Assembly (NCBI GenBank): GCA_964472085.1
Contig: CAYYIW010000018.1
Coordinates: 635-64,634 of the forward strand
Direction: 5' to 3'
DNA: 64,000 nt
Origin: an uncultured Rikenellaceae bacterium
Lineage (GTDB): Bacteria > Bacteroidota > Bacteroidia > Bacteroidales > VadinHA17
In this document: piece by piece, positions 10,406 through 21,023 of the stretch
Position numbering within the stretch: position 1 is the stretch's first letter
How the letters are laid out: the number at the start of each line of letters is the position of its first letter
Notes under the pieces: generated by a model
What the model was told of the DNA's origin: nothing
Seen by the model: only the letters and a program-made list of their open reading frames with translations
Database searches by the model: none
Made by a program: the position numbers and the translations under genes

Positions 10406-11923
10406 CTAGAAATCGTCTTTCATACCCCTCAGGGTATTCAGATTGGCTTTCAGGTTCTTAAGGTTTGACCATTTAGTTATAAATCCCTTTATTACCTGTA
10501 ATTCAATGGGTTCGTAAAATTTAAACAGGGAAAGTATAAAAGGGAAGCTTACAAAAATCCCGGTTTTTATTAACAGGCGAGGGATCAGGGACATGTTATT
10601 CAATAGCAGACCAGCAAAAGACAAAACAGCACCTGTTATCAGCATGATTAATATTTTGCTCATTTCATATGGTACAAAATATTCTTTCCGGGAATAATAA
10701 TAACATGCATACCAGTAGGCGAACTGGGATAAAAGAGTGGCCAGCGCGGCCCCGGTAATGTCCAGCAAAGGAATCAGCAATATGTTAAGAGCTAAACTTA
10801 GAATAGTTGAAAAAATCACAATTATCCCTATGATACGGGTTTTCTTTGCTATATGAAGCCCGTAGACTGTTACCTCTTTCATGTTTACAAAAAAGATCGA
10901 AAGCGAAAGAATGGGAATAATAATAACAGCTCCCCAAAAATCTCTGGATGTAGTGATGATCTTGATCATTTCATATGAGAAAAGAGACATCCCCAGTACA
11001 GCTATCATCATAACCCATGAAGTATAGAGCAATACTTTTGAATAGAATCTCTTATTGTCTGGTGAATCCATTTTTTTCAGCATCATTGGTCCCAGCGCTA
11101 ACCTTACGGAATCGACGAGTACCAGCTTAAGAACACTGGTAAGCTTAAATGCCAGGGTATATAATGCCACCGATTTCAGGAGAGACATAGAGTTCAGGGA
11201 GAACCTGTCAATTGCAGCAAACAATGCAGCCGACACATTTGCGATCAGCAGTGGGAATCCGTAAGCATTCATTTCCCTGAATATTATCCTGCTGAAGAAT
11301 GCCTTGCTGTTCCTTGATGCATATCCTATAAGGACAATCACTGTCAGTGAGTTACCAATGACCTGTGCCAGGTAGATTCCTTTAAGTCCCATCCCGGATG
11401 ATATAATAAAGTACAGCGTAAGCGAAAGAACCGTGATCAGTTTAAACAGGTTGGTGATGGTATAAAGCACTGACCGCGACTGTAACCTCATAAGAGTATT
11501 CACTATGTTGTTCACAGCCTGGATCCCGGAAGCCAGTATAACAAACCTGATTACTTCCGACCACCTGGTTGTTGAGAAGACAACAGAGGAAAGCCTGCCA
11601 GAAAGAGGAACCAGCACCACGCAGAATGCTGCGGAGATTAGTACCTGCGATATGAGAACCATAAAGAAAATACCTTTCTGGTTGTCCCTGTGATCTTTAT
11701 CCCAGAACCACCTTGTCAGACTCTGCGGTAATCCCGAGGCCAGCAGTGCGGTTAATATCAGTCCAAGGATCTCAAGTATTCCGAGTACGCCGAATTCATC
11801 GGTAGTGAAGAATTTCGGATCAGTGTATAAGGGAATAAGAATTAATCCGACGATCTTTACGGCAATGTTACCCAGACCGTAGACTATAGTGTCTTTGACT
11901 GATATTTTAATAGAATTCAGCAT
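10406..11923 (-). CDS. Polysaccharide/oligosaccharide flippase (MOP superfamily, Wzx-like)
   Basis: 505 aa, roughly 12-14 hydrophobic segments, typical Wzx-like N-terminus (VYGLGNIAVKIVGLILIPLYT), located in a glycosyltransferase cluster. Confidence 0.75.
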   Translation of the reverse strand: MLNSIKISVKDTIVYGLGNIAVKIVGLILIPLYTDPKFFTTDEFGVLGILEILGLILTALLASGLPQSLTRWFWDKDHRDNQKGIFFMVLISQVLISAAFCVVLVPLSGRLSSVVFSTTRWSEVIRFVILASGIQAVNNIVNTLMRLQSRSVLYTITNLFKLITVLSLTLYFIISSGMGLKGIYLAQVIGNSLTVIVLIGYASRNSKAFFSRIIFREMNAYGFPLLIANVSAALFAAIDRFSLNSMSLLKSVALYTLAFKLTSVLKLVLVDSVRLALGPMMLKKMDSPDNKRFYSKVLLYTSWVMMIAVLGMSLFSYEMIKIITTSRDFWGAVIIIPILSLSIFFVNMKEVTVYGLHIAKKTRIIGIIVIFSTILSLALNILLIPLLDITGAALATLLSQFAYWYACYYYSRKEYFVPYEMSKILIMLITGAVLSFAGLLLNNMSLIPRLLIKTGIFVSFPFILSLFKFYEPIELQVIKGFITKWSNLKNLKANLNTLRGMKDDF

Positions 11924-11947
11924 CCCGGATAAATCCTTATTTCTTAG

Positions 11948-12688
11948 TTAGTTAATTTTCCCCGAGATAATAATTGTATTAAAATAGTAAAAGGGGTACT
12001 TCACTTTCAATCCTGCTATTTGTTTGATCTTACGTAATACTAATTCTGATGTTGTCAGCTTTTCAAGGTTGGAAAATGAGATCTGTTCAGGGTTATAACC
12101 CGCCGACACAAGAACTTTTGAGATTGTATAGGGAGTAAACCAGAACCGGTGATCTGAATTTATTATTTCTTTATAATGTTTCATATTCATGTACTGGCGC
12201 TTGTTGTATATGTTTGGTACTGTTATTATGAACCTGTCAATGAATCGTCCAAACCTGCTTTTGAAAATATTCAGGAAACTGACAGGATCATCCAGGTGTT
12301 CAATTATTTCACCGAACACCACATAGTCCCATTTATCTGTTGTTAAATCCGGGAAATCATCTGTGAGTACATTCCCGCAATATACATTATGATATCCCAA
12401 TTCATTTTTAACAAAATCAATGCTTTCTCTATCAATATCAACACCAATACATTTACTGGAGTTATCTGTAATCAGCTTATGCAGCCAGATATTGTTCCTG
12501 ATTTTTTCATTTATTATTGAGATATGATCTGAACAACCAATATGAATAACACTACTGTTCCTTATCATTCCTGTTATGTATGCCTCCCTTGAGATTGCCT
12601 GCTGTCGGGTCCTTTCAATGTTAACAGGTAGAGTTGTCTGGAATGTTTCTCCTCTAAGATAACTGAGAACTTCCTGGTTGATCTTCAT
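11948..12688 (-). CDS. Class I SAM-dependent methyltransferase
   Basis: Motifs VIHIGCSD...CIGVDID...YDYVVFGEIIEHLDDP are typical of the Methyltransf_11/23-like fold. Confidence 0.65.
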   Translation of the reverse strand: MKINQEVLSYLRGETFQTTLPVNIERTRQQAISREAYITGMIRNSSVIHIGCSDHISIINEKIRNNIWLHKLITDNSSKCIGVDIDRESIDFVKNELGYHNVYCGNVLTDDFPDLTTDKWDYVVFGEIIEHLDDPVSFLNIFKSRFGRFIDRFIITVPNIYNKRQYMNMKHYKEIINSDHRFWFTPYTISKVLVSAGYNPEQISFSNLEKLTTSELVLRKIKQIAGLKVKYPFYYFNTIIISGKIN

Positions 12689-12691
12689 AAT

Positions 12692-13966
12692 TCATGGTTC
12701 TGTTGATGATGCTAAGATACTATTTAGCTTTGTTAAAAAGTCGAGGTAGTTGGATGAAGCATTAAAATTCTTCTCCCAGCTCAGTAAAGCATTCTTTCTG
12801 AAAATCTTTTCCTCGTTATCAGGTAAATCGATAAAATGTTCAATTTCCCCGGTCAGCTCATCGATCTGGAAATTTACAGGAAGTAATATACCGGTACCTT
12901 CCGCAACCAATTCTCTTACTCCCCCTACATCAGTTGCTATAACAGGAATACCGAATGACTGGGCTTCCATTATACTTACAGGTAATCCTTCAGAAGAGCT
13001 TGTATTAATGAACAGGTTGATCATGTTTTTACTGTAATATTCCAACAGTTCAGAGTTTGGATACTGACCCATAAATGAGTATGTTATGTCTTCTTTTTTC
13101 CCGAGTCTTCCTGCAGCCAGCTTTTCCATATCTTTCCGCAATACACCATCCCCGAAATGTGTCCAGTGTACCCCTTTTCCCGGCCTTATCATTTCCAGGG
13201 CATAAATAATCAGGTCAATCCTTTTTAAGGGTATAATATTGGAACAGGAAACTATATTAAAGGTGCCGGTTTTATTACTTGACTGCACCGGTAAGGAAAT
13301 ATTCCTGGCAACACCAAGCCGGGACAATATATACCCCGGTTTGTCTGTTCCTGTTTTCTCCTTAAAGTATTGCAGCCCGTTACCGGAAACAAAGAAAATA
13401 GCATCCAGGTTATCCGATACGAACTTTAAGAGAGGAAGATAGGAGAGCACATTCTTTTCTTCATAAAGATCACTTCCATGAGCTCTTGAAATACTTATGC
13501 TATCAGGGTAATGAAGCATTGCTATTGCATGAGCACCACTTTTAAGCCAGTAGGAATAGAAAACAGTCTGACCCGAAATGTTCTCATTTTTAAGCATTCT
13601 TTGTATAAAATCTTTTAATTGCAGCCCTTTGATAATTTTTTTAATAAGAAATTTCTTACGTCTTAAAGATAGTTTCTGTGATTTGCTATGGCGAAAGGAA
13701 ATTTCCCGGTTATAAATATCAAACAGGACTGTTAAATTGCTCAGTAGTTGAACGGGAAGCCTGAGATATCCTGTTATTGTTGTTCTTGTATTATATCTTA
13801 ATATTTTATAATCGTCTGGCATATACCTGGTTTTTTCAGATTCTGTATCCTGAGCTATAATAATGATTCTATCAAAGCCGGAACTGATCACAGGTAATTC
13901 GGTCTCAAGAAATGGTTCTCCTGTACCAAAGGGAAATTGAGAAGTAATTAATACCAGTGTTCTCAT
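12692..13966 (-). CDS. Glycosyltransferase family 4 (GT-B)
   Basis: C-terminal EX7E-type region SSSEGLPVSIMEAQSFGIPVIATDVGGVRELV. Confidence 0.8.
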   Translation of the reverse strand: MRTLVLITSQFPFGTGEPFLETELPVISSGFDRIIIIAQDTESEKTRYMPDDYKILRYNTRTTITGYLRLPVQLLSNLTVLFDIYNREISFRHSKSQKLSLRRKKFLIKKIIKGLQLKDFIQRMLKNENISGQTVFYSYWLKSGAHAIAMLHYPDSISISRAHGSDLYEEKNVLSYLPLLKFVSDNLDAIFFVSGNGLQYFKEKTGTDKPGYILSRLGVARNISLPVQSSNKTGTFNIVSCSNIIPLKRIDLIIYALEMIRPGKGVHWTHFGDGVLRKDMEKLAAGRLGKKEDITYSFMGQYPNSELLEYYSKNMINLFINTSSSEGLPVSIMEAQSFGIPVIATDVGGVRELVAEGTGILLPVNFQIDELTGEIEHFIDLPDNEEKIFRKNALLSWEKNFNASSNYLDFLTKLNSILASSTEP

Positions 13967-14130
13967 CTTGATCTAATATTGACAAAGTAATTGAATTTCC
14001 GTGTAATACGGAAAAGATACAGGAATTTATATGCTGAGGGTTCTTATATAATAAATATACTATTTGCCATACTGTTAAAAGGGAAGCGAGAGTCTCGGGC
14101 CTCTGTTAATAGCAAAAATCAGCTTTATTC

Positions 14131-15351
14131 TCAGATCCTGTCAGCATTAATGGTATCATACAGTAAAACAAATTTGTCCCTGATAATTTTTGTATTATAT
14201 TCTTCCTGTACAGCCTTAAGGCCATTTTTCCCCTGCTCTGATCTGAGACCGGCATCATTTATAAGAGTAACGATTGAATCTTTGAATTCAACCATATTGC
14301 TGAATACAAGACCGCATTTATGTTTATTGATAATGTCTTTCTGGGGTTTGCAGTCAGATGCCACTACAGGTTTGCTTCCCAGCATATACTCATAAATCTT
14401 GTTTGCCACACCTGATTCATGCTGTGGATTCTTATGGAAAGGTGCCAGGCAAATATCACACAGTTCGAGGTATGATGGCAGATCGGAAGAATTGATCCAT
14501 GGTATATAATGAATTCTGCCGTTGATAATGCCGGCACTCAGCATTTCAAAAAACCTTGCCTGGTCTTTTTTGTCTATGGGGCCTATTACAAGGAAATTTA
14601 TTTCATAGTTTTCCCTTACCAGATCGGTGAACACATTGAGGGCATCAAAGATCCCTCTTCGTTCTGCTATAACACCATAATAGAACAATACAGGATATTT
14701 GTATTTAAAAAGCGGACCGATAACAGGTTTCTTCCCCTCATTTATTGATGATATATCAGGTACATTTGGAATTACTTCAAACATGTCCATTTTCAGGAAG
14801 GAATATTTACCCAGCAGAGCATCCCTGAAGTCACTGCTCAGTACAATGATCCGGGAAGCATAGCCAAGATATTCCTTTTCTTTTTCCTTCCATTTTCCCG
14901 GACGTGATATCCCGCTCCGTAAAAATCCTTTTGTCCAGTTATATGTTGTCACGGTATAAGGGTAGTTCTCATGAAGGTCAAGTATCATAGGGATGTTACT
15001 TTTTGACTTTATAATTCCCCTGTGTACGGATCTTGACATGTACAGATCGTGAACATGCAGGACCTCTATGTCGTTGTCTTTTATGAATTTAGCAGCACGG
15101 TTCGCCCATAGCCATTCATAAATTGGTATTGTGTTAAGGGCAAAAAAAAGTATGTCTTTAAGTTTCCTGGGGATTCTGATCCTGGTGATCTTTATGTCAT
15201 GAGCCGGTTCCATGTATTCCTTTCTGAAACCGAGACACAGTATGAATACTTTGTACCCGCCATCCCTGAGCATAACAGCTTCCCTCAGTACTCTGACATC
15301 ACTGTTGAGCTCATTATCGACAATTATGCCACAATTCATCTTTTCACACAA
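14131..15351 (-). CDS. Glycosyltransferase (GT-B, family 1/4-like)
   Basis: GT-B C-terminal motif ESGVANKIYEYMLGSKPVVASD. The true start may be the internal MNCGIIV at 15339. Confidence 0.75.
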   Translation of the reverse strand: MCEKMNCGIIVDNELNSDVRVLREAVMLRDGGYKVFILCLGFRKEYMEPAHDIKITRIRIPRKLKDILFFALNTIPIYEWLWANRAAKFIKDNDIEVLHVHDLYMSRSVHRGIIKSKSNIPMILDLHENYPYTVTTYNWTKGFLRSGISRPGKWKEKEKEYLGYASRIIVLSSDFRDALLGKYSFLKMDMFEVIPNVPDISSINEGKKPVIGPLFKYKYPVLFYYGVIAERRGIFDALNVFTDLVRENYEINFLVIGPIDKKDQARFFEMLSAGIINGRIHYIPWINSSDLPSYLELCDICLAPFHKNPQHESGVANKIYEYMLGSKPVVASDCKPQKDIINKHKCGLVFSNMVEFKDSIVTLINDAGLRSEQGKNGLKAVQEEYNTKIIRDKFVLLYDTINADRI

Positions 15352-15421
15352 TAAGAATTATAAACAGATCTTTGTTTAAAGTTAGGAAAATTTTGCTGAG
15401 GAGGAGTTCTAAACGGAAAAC

Positions 15422-16690
15422 TTAAAAAGCAAGCAGGGAAGCCAGTTTCCCGGTCAGTATCTTCCTGCTGAACATAACCGGTGATACATCACTGATAGTA
15501 TATGTCCTGTCCATAATCTCGCCAAGATAACAAATAAGGCCGTTCTCATCAGAATAGGAGAAAGTCATTCCTTTACCACTCTCCCTGAGTATCGCTGAGG
15601 CATCTCCGTCAACCGGTCCGATACAAATCACCGGTCTGCCAGTGGCAATATATTCAAAAAGCTTGCCTGTAATGATGCTCCGGTTACTTTTATGATCGGG
15701 GATAACCAGGAGCAGAGTATGTGATTCCATCATATATCTGATAGCAGAAGCATGATCAACGTAAGGGATAAATTCAATGAGATTATCAGGTATGCCTTTC
15801 CTGATAAGCTCCTTCTGCTTCGGAGAGACTGTTCCTATGAAACGTATCATTACTTTGCTGCCTTTTGAAACAAGTTCCCCCGCAGCCTGTATAAACGAAT
15901 CTACAGGGTATATGTCCGACAGGGTACCTATATAGGATATTGTGAAATCTCTGCAGGAAGTAAAATCAACATTTTGGAAGTCAGACTCATCATAACCATT
16001 GGTTATCACATGAGTTTTTTCTTCTATCCCTTCTGCCTTACTGCAAAAACTCCTCTTCAGTGAGTTACCCACAGTAATAACAACATCAGCATTCAGAAGG
16101 GTCCTTTTTTCAAATCCGGAATCTATGTACCTTGCAATAAAGGTATGATAGAACCGGCTGTAATAATAAATATCTGTCCAGGGATCACGAAGATCTGCTA
16201 TCCATTTTACCAAAGGGTATCTCTTCTTTAATTTCAGGCCGATAAGCTGCGTTGAATGTGGAGGACTGGTGGTTATAACATGTTCTATTTTCTCCTCTTC
16301 CAGTATACTGCAGGCTTTTTTGAAGGCATAGCTGTTCCAGCCCTTCCTTGGATCGGGGATGAAAAAATTTCCTCTTATGAATCTTAGTATCTTATTTTTC
16401 AGTGAATCTTCCATACTGTTGGCAAAACCTGCAGCAGGAATCCTTGACCGGTCTTTTTTATAAATACTGAAATAATCAGTTGCAGGTGTGGTATAAACTC
16501 TCAGCGAAGAGGATATGTCCTTTCCAAGGGAATCATCTGTTACAGGATATGCGGCATATTCCGGATCAACAGTAAGTATCACAGGTTCCCATCCGGATTC
16601 AGGAAGGTACCTGGCAAACTTGAGCCATCGTTGTACCCCTGCACCGCCACTTGGAGGCCAATAGTAAGTTATTATCAGAACCTTGTTCAT
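15422..16690 (-). CDS. Glycosyltransferase (GT-B, family 4-like)
   Basis: N-terminus VLIITYYWPPSGGAGVQRWLKFARYL and the C-terminal GKLFEYIATGRPVI motif. The start lies 1 nt after the glyQS stop. Confidence 0.7.
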   Translation of the reverse strand: MNKVLIITYYWPPSGGAGVQRWLKFARYLPESGWEPVILTVDPEYAAYPVTDDSLGKDISSSLRVYTTPATDYFSIYKKDRSRIPAAGFANSMEDSLKNKILRFIRGNFFIPDPRKGWNSYAFKKACSILEEEKIEHVITTSPPHSTQLIGLKLKKRYPLVKWIADLRDPWTDIYYYSRFYHTFIARYIDSGFEKRTLLNADVVITVGNSLKRSFCSKAEGIEEKTHVITNGYDESDFQNVDFTSCRDFTISYIGTLSDIYPVDSFIQAAGELVSKGSKVMIRFIGTVSPKQKELIRKGIPDNLIEFIPYVDHASAIRYMMESHTLLLVIPDHKSNRSIITGKLFEYIATGRPVICIGPVDGDASAILRESGKGMTFSYSDENGLICYLGEIMDRTYTISDVSPVMFSRKILTGKLASLLAF

Positions 16691-16691
16691 A

Positions 16692-18242
16692 TTAAAGCAT
16701 CTTCAGGAGGCTTTGAATAGAAACTTTTTCCTTTATGATGTCCTTTAACTGTTCAATACTAACTCTTTCCTGCTCCATGGAATCACGATACCTGATGGTT
16801 ACCGTGTTATCCTCAACAGTCTGATGATCTATGGTTATGCAATATGGTGTTCCGATAGCATCCTGTCTCCGGTAACGTCTTCCTATTGAATCCTTGTCAT
16901 CGTACTGGCAGTTAAACTCAAACATCAGATCATGTACTATTTTCCGAGCTATCTCAGGTAACCCGTCCTTTCTGACAAGCGGCATAACAGCCAGTTTCAC
17001 AGGAGCAAGGAAGGCAGGAAGTTTAAGTACAATGCGGGTATCTTTTGTTCCGTCATCTTTCTTAAGTTCTTCTTCTGTATATGCAGCTGATATGACGTGC
17101 AGGAACATCCTGTCAACACCTATCGAGGTCTCAATGACATATGGAACGTAGGATTCTCCCCTGTCAGGATCAAAGTACTGCATCTTTTTACCGCTGTATT
17201 GCTGGTGCTGTTTCAGATCATAATCAGTTCTGGAGTGTATTCCTTCAACCTCTTTGAAGCCAAACGGGAATTTGTATTCAATATCGGAAGCAGCATTTGC
17301 ATAGTGGGCCAGCTTAATATGATCGTGGAACCGATAGTTCTCAGCACCGAAACCAAGAGCCAGGTGCCATCTCATCCTGGTCTCTTTCCATTTGGCAAAC
17401 CATCCCGGTTCTGTGCCGGGCTGTATAAAATACTGCATTTCCATCTGTTCAAATTCCCTCATCCTGAAGATGAACTGCCTGGCAACTATCTCATTACGGA
17501 ATGCCTTTCCTATCTGGGCTATACCGAAAGGTATCTTCATCCTCCCGGTTTTCTGGACATTAAGAAAATTAACAAAAATACCCTGTGCTGTTTCCGGACG
17601 AAGGTATATTTTATTTGCCCCGTCGGCGGTAGAACCCATTTCAGTTGTAAACATCAGGTTGAACTGTCTTACATCCGTCCAGTTACGTGATCCGGAGATA
17701 GGACATACAATTTCATTATCGATGATTATCTGTTTCAGTTCGGCCAGGTCCATATCATTAAGGGCTTTGGCAAACCTGTCATTAAGCTGGTCTATCCTTG
17801 TCTGTATATCAAGAACACGCTGGTTAGTTTCCCTGAATTTCTGTTCGTCAAATTCCGCTCCGAATCTTTTCCGGGCTTTCTCAACTTCTTTGCTGATCTT
17901 TTCTTCCAGCTTAGCAAGATGATCTTCAATAAGCACATCCGCCCTGTAACGCTTTTTAGAATCCCTGTTATCTATAAGAGGATCGTTGAATGCATCTACA
18001 TGGCCCGATGCTTTCCATATTGTCGGATGCATGAATATTGCCGAATCAATACCAACTATGTTATCATTTAATAGGACCATACTGTCCCACCAGTATTTCT
18101 TTATGTTGTTTTTTAATTCCACACCATACTGTCCGTAATCATATACAGCACTCAATCCGTCATATATCTCACTCGAAGGGAAAACATATCCATATTCCTT
18201 GCAGTGGGCGACCAACTTTTTGAAAACATCTTCCTGGGCCAT
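16692..18242 (-). CDS. glyQS: Glycine--tRNA ligase (homodimeric class II type)
   Basis: Full-length match to the conserved GlyRS pattern: CKEYGYVFPSSEIYDGL...YDYGQYGVELKNNIKKYWW, class II motifs FRNEI..R.GLxRxREFxQxE, YVIETSxGxDR. Confidence 0.95.
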   Translation of the reverse strand: MAQEDVFKKLVAHCKEYGYVFPSSEIYDGLSAVYDYGQYGVELKNNIKKYWWDSMVLLNDNIVGIDSAIFMHPTIWKASGHVDAFNDPLIDNRDSKKRYRADVLIEDHLAKLEEKISKEVEKARKRFGAEFDEQKFRETNQRVLDIQTRIDQLNDRFAKALNDMDLAELKQIIIDNEIVCPISGSRNWTDVRQFNLMFTTEMGSTADGANKIYLRPETAQGIFVNFLNVQKTGRMKIPFGIAQIGKAFRNEIVARQFIFRMREFEQMEMQYFIQPGTEPGWFAKWKETRMRWHLALGFGAENYRFHDHIKLAHYANAASDIEYKFPFGFKEVEGIHSRTDYDLKQHQQYSGKKMQYFDPDRGESYVPYVIETSIGVDRMFLHVISAAYTEEELKKDDGTKDTRIVLKLPAFLAPVKLAVMPLVRKDGLPEIARKIVHDLMFEFNCQYDDKDSIGRRYRRQDAIGTPYCITIDHQTVEDNTVTIRYRDSMEQERVSIEQLKDIIKEKVSIQSLLKML

Positions 18243-18412
18243 AATACTTTTAATTTAACTTTAGCGGAAGGCAAAAGTAATTTAAAATCTTTTGTTTTAC
18301 AATTTTAAGAATACTGATACCCCGGGCATTTTAATATTCTCATCTGTGTTGATTTTAATTCTGGTAAGGGAATCCCTGATTTTGTATATTTAGCCGTTAT
18401 TTATAGTCTGAA

Positions 18413-19990
18413 ATGAAAAGAAGAACGGATTTCCTTGTAATAGGATCAGGAATAGCGGGCCTGACATTTGCTCTTAAAGCTTCAAAATTCGGTAAGGTTA
18501 CTGTTGTTACTAAAGCAGGGCTTGAGGATTCCAATACAAGGTATGCCCAGGGTGGTATTGCGGCTGTATTCAGTGAACCCGATAATTTTGAGAAACATGT
18601 CAAGGATACCATTATAGCCGGTGGTGGTCTGTGCGACGAAGAAGTTGTCAGAGGTGTTGTTGAAGAAGCTCCCAAAAGGATCAGGGATCTTATAGATCTG
18701 GGTGTTCCCTTTGACCGGAAAGAAGATGGTACATATGACCTGGGTAGGGAAGGAGGCCATACAGAACACCGTATTCTTCATCACAAGGACATAACAGGTG
18801 AGGCTATTGAAAAGACCCTGATAGAAAAGGTTAGGCAGGAGCCTTCGATTGAGATCCTTGAGCATCATTTTGCAATAGATATTCTAACGCAGCATCACCT
18901 TGGTGAAATATTAAGGAAAAATTATCCCGGGATAAAATGTTATGGTGCCTACGTGGCAAATCTCAACAGGCAGGAGGTTATTACTTTTCTTGCTAAAATC
19001 ACTGTGATTGCCACCGGGGGGATGGGGAATGTATATATGACCACAACGAACCCGGCGGTAGCTACGGGCGATGGTATAGCAATGGTTTACAGGGCAAAGG
19101 GGGTGATAGAGAATATGGAGTTTGTACAATTTCACCCAACATCACTATGTGATCCGAATGCCAGACCCTCGTTCCTTATAACTGAGGCTTTACGTGGCTT
19201 TGGAGCTGTCCTGAGAAATCTTTCAGGTGAACAGTTCATGAGCAGGTACGATAGTCGCGGATCGCTGGCACCGCGTGATATTGTGGCAAGGGCTATAGAC
19301 AACGAGATGAAGATATGGGGTGATGATCATGTCTGGCTCGATTGTACACAGCTTGATAAAGAGGGGCTGATTAATCATTTCCCGAATATTTATGAGCATT
19401 GCAGGAATAAGGGTGTTGATATCACAAAAGAACTTATACCTGTTGTACCGGCTGCCCATTATTCTTGTGGAGGTGTTAAAGTTGATACAAACGGACAGAG
19501 CAGCATAGACGGGCTCTATGCTCTCGGGGAGGTTTCATCAACGGGTCTTCATGGGGCAAACAGACTTGCTTCGAATTCATTGATTGAAGCTGCGGTCTAT
19601 TCGCACAGGGCGGCAATGCATTCGGGTGAACGGATATCCGGGTTGTCATATGATGAGAAGATACCTGACTGGGACTATAAAGGGACCACACACCTGGAGG
19701 AGATGGTCCTGGTTACACAGAATTACAGGGAGGTGCAGATGATAATGAGTAATTATGTGGGTATAGTGCGGTCCGATCTTCGGCTGGAAAGGGCACTGGT
19801 ACGGCTGGAAATTATTTATAAGGAGAATGAGAGCCTCTATAAGCGTTCCCTGATTTCCCGGAAGATCATTGAATTAAGGAATCTTATCAATGTAGCGTAT
19901 ATTATCATTAAGATGGCTGCGAACAGGAATGAAAGTGTCGGCCTTCATTATTCAATTGACCATCCGAAACGCGGTGTTTCGGATAACTGA
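18413..19990 (+). CDS. nadB: L-aspartate oxidase
   Basis: FAD motif DFLVIGSGIAGL, YAQGGIAAV, HPT....LITEALRG.GA.L, RLASNSLIE. Confidence 0.95.
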   Translation: MKRRTDFLVIGSGIAGLTFALKASKFGKVTVVTKAGLEDSNTRYAQGGIAAVFSEPDNFEKHVKDTIIAGGGLCDEEVVRGVVEEAPKRIRDLIDLGVPFDRKEDGTYDLGREGGHTEHRILHHKDITGEAIEKTLIEKVRQEPSIEILEHHFAIDILTQHHLGEILRKNYPGIKCYGAYVANLNRQEVITFLAKITVIATGGMGNVYMTTTNPAVATGDGIAMVYRAKGVIENMEFVQFHPTSLCDPNARPSFLITEALRGFGAVLRNLSGEQFMSRYDSRGSLAPRDIVARAIDNEMKIWGDDHVWLDCTQLDKEGLINHFPNIYEHCRNKGVDITKELIPVVPAAHYSCGGVKVDTNGQSSIDGLYALGEVSSTGLHGANRLASNSLIEAAVYSHRAAMHSGERISGLSYDEKIPDWDYKGTTHLEEMVLVTQNYREVQMIMSNYVGIVRSDLRLERALVRLEIIYKENESLYKRSLISRKIIELRNLINVAYIIIKMAANRNESVGLHYSIDHPKRGVSDN

Positions 19991-20005
19991 TTAAAAAAAT
20001 ATCTT

Positions 20006-20935
20006 ATGAATCATCTGGAGTCATCATTTACAGGGAAAAACAACTTCTGGAGGTATGTGGTTATGTTTGTCACGGTTTTCCTCGTATCTAACAGTATCGG
20101 TGCTATTCCACTCATTATTGCAATGTTCATAAGATCAGTCTCTGATCCCTCAGTGATGTCGCAACTGGCTGCTCATCCAAATGATTTAAGCATACTGGGG
20201 CTCGATTCAAATATCTCGCTGATAATGATGCTTTTCCCCTTTATTACGGGTCTCGTTGCTTTTTTGCTGCTTATCAGGCCTTTGAACGGGAGGAAGATAA
20301 AAACTATAATAAACGGAACTTCATCAATAAGGTGGAATCATTTTTTTATTTCCGGATTTGTCTGGATGATCCTTTCCATGGCTTACCTTTTCGTGTATCT
20401 CAAGGCAGATCCTTCAAATTTTGTACTTAATAATACAACCATCTCTCTTGCGGCTCTTACTGTAGTCTCCCTTATTTTCATACCGTTCCAGGCTGCATTT
20501 GAGGAAGTCCTGTTCAGGGGATATCTTATGCAAGGATTTGCTGTAATGTTAAAGAACAGGTGGTTTCCGCTGGTGATGACATCAATAATGTTTGGTCTTA
20601 TGCATGCCCTTAACCCTGAAGTAAAAGATTACGGATTCCTTACCATGATGCCGCAATACATAACATTCGGACTCATCTTTGGTATTATAACAATCCTTGA
20701 TGATGGTATAGAGGCATCCATGGGTGCTCATGCTGCAAATAATATATTCCTGTGCGTAATGGTTACCAACCGTTCGTCAGCACTGCAGACGAAAGCACTT
20801 TTTGTTCAGCTGAATGTAGCTCCGTGGCTTGAACTGGCCGGACTTGTGTTGAGTGGAATCGTTTTCATATTTATTCTGTCCAGGATATTCAGATGGCAAA
20901 AGTTTGCACTGATATTTGAAAAAATTCATATCTGA
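20006..20935 (+). CDS. CPBP (CAAX) family intramembrane glutamic endopeptidase
   Basis: Polytopic membrane protein with motifs EEVLFRGYL, FGLMHALNP and HAANN. Confidence 0.8.
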   Translation: MNHLESSFTGKNNFWRYVVMFVTVFLVSNSIGAIPLIIAMFIRSVSDPSVMSQLAAHPNDLSILGLDSNISLIMMLFPFITGLVAFLLLIRPLNGRKIKTIINGTSSIRWNHFFISGFVWMILSMAYLFVYLKADPSNFVLNNTTISLAALTVVSLIFIPFQAAFEEVLFRGYLMQGFAVMLKNRWFPLVMTSIMFGLMHALNPEVKDYGFLTMMPQYITFGLIFGIITILDDGIEASMGAHAANNIFLCVMVTNRSSALQTKALFVQLNVAPWLELAGLVLSGIVFIFILSRIFRWQKFALIFEKIHI

Positions 20936-21023
20936 CAGCAAGTTTTCCGATTTCCGGCTGTCTAATAGATAAATATATATTGATATATTATCGCTGAAGA
21001 CATTGGGAAAAGGAGACGAATAT

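Noticed and set aside
17097-17922. Long antisense or overlapping ORFs in the six-frame track. Examples: 17097-17690 and 17392-17922 opposite glyQS, 29463-29969 opposite pepP, 39259-39735, 50778-51230, 55917-56402, 30690-31121, and the 60-130-aa ORFs opposite the adhesin repeats.
   Set aside because: Each lies entirely within, and opposite to, a gene with strong family signatures. Their translations are low-complexity or Ser/Pro/Leu/Ile-rich with no recognisable motifs, as expected for shadow ORFs of long genes.
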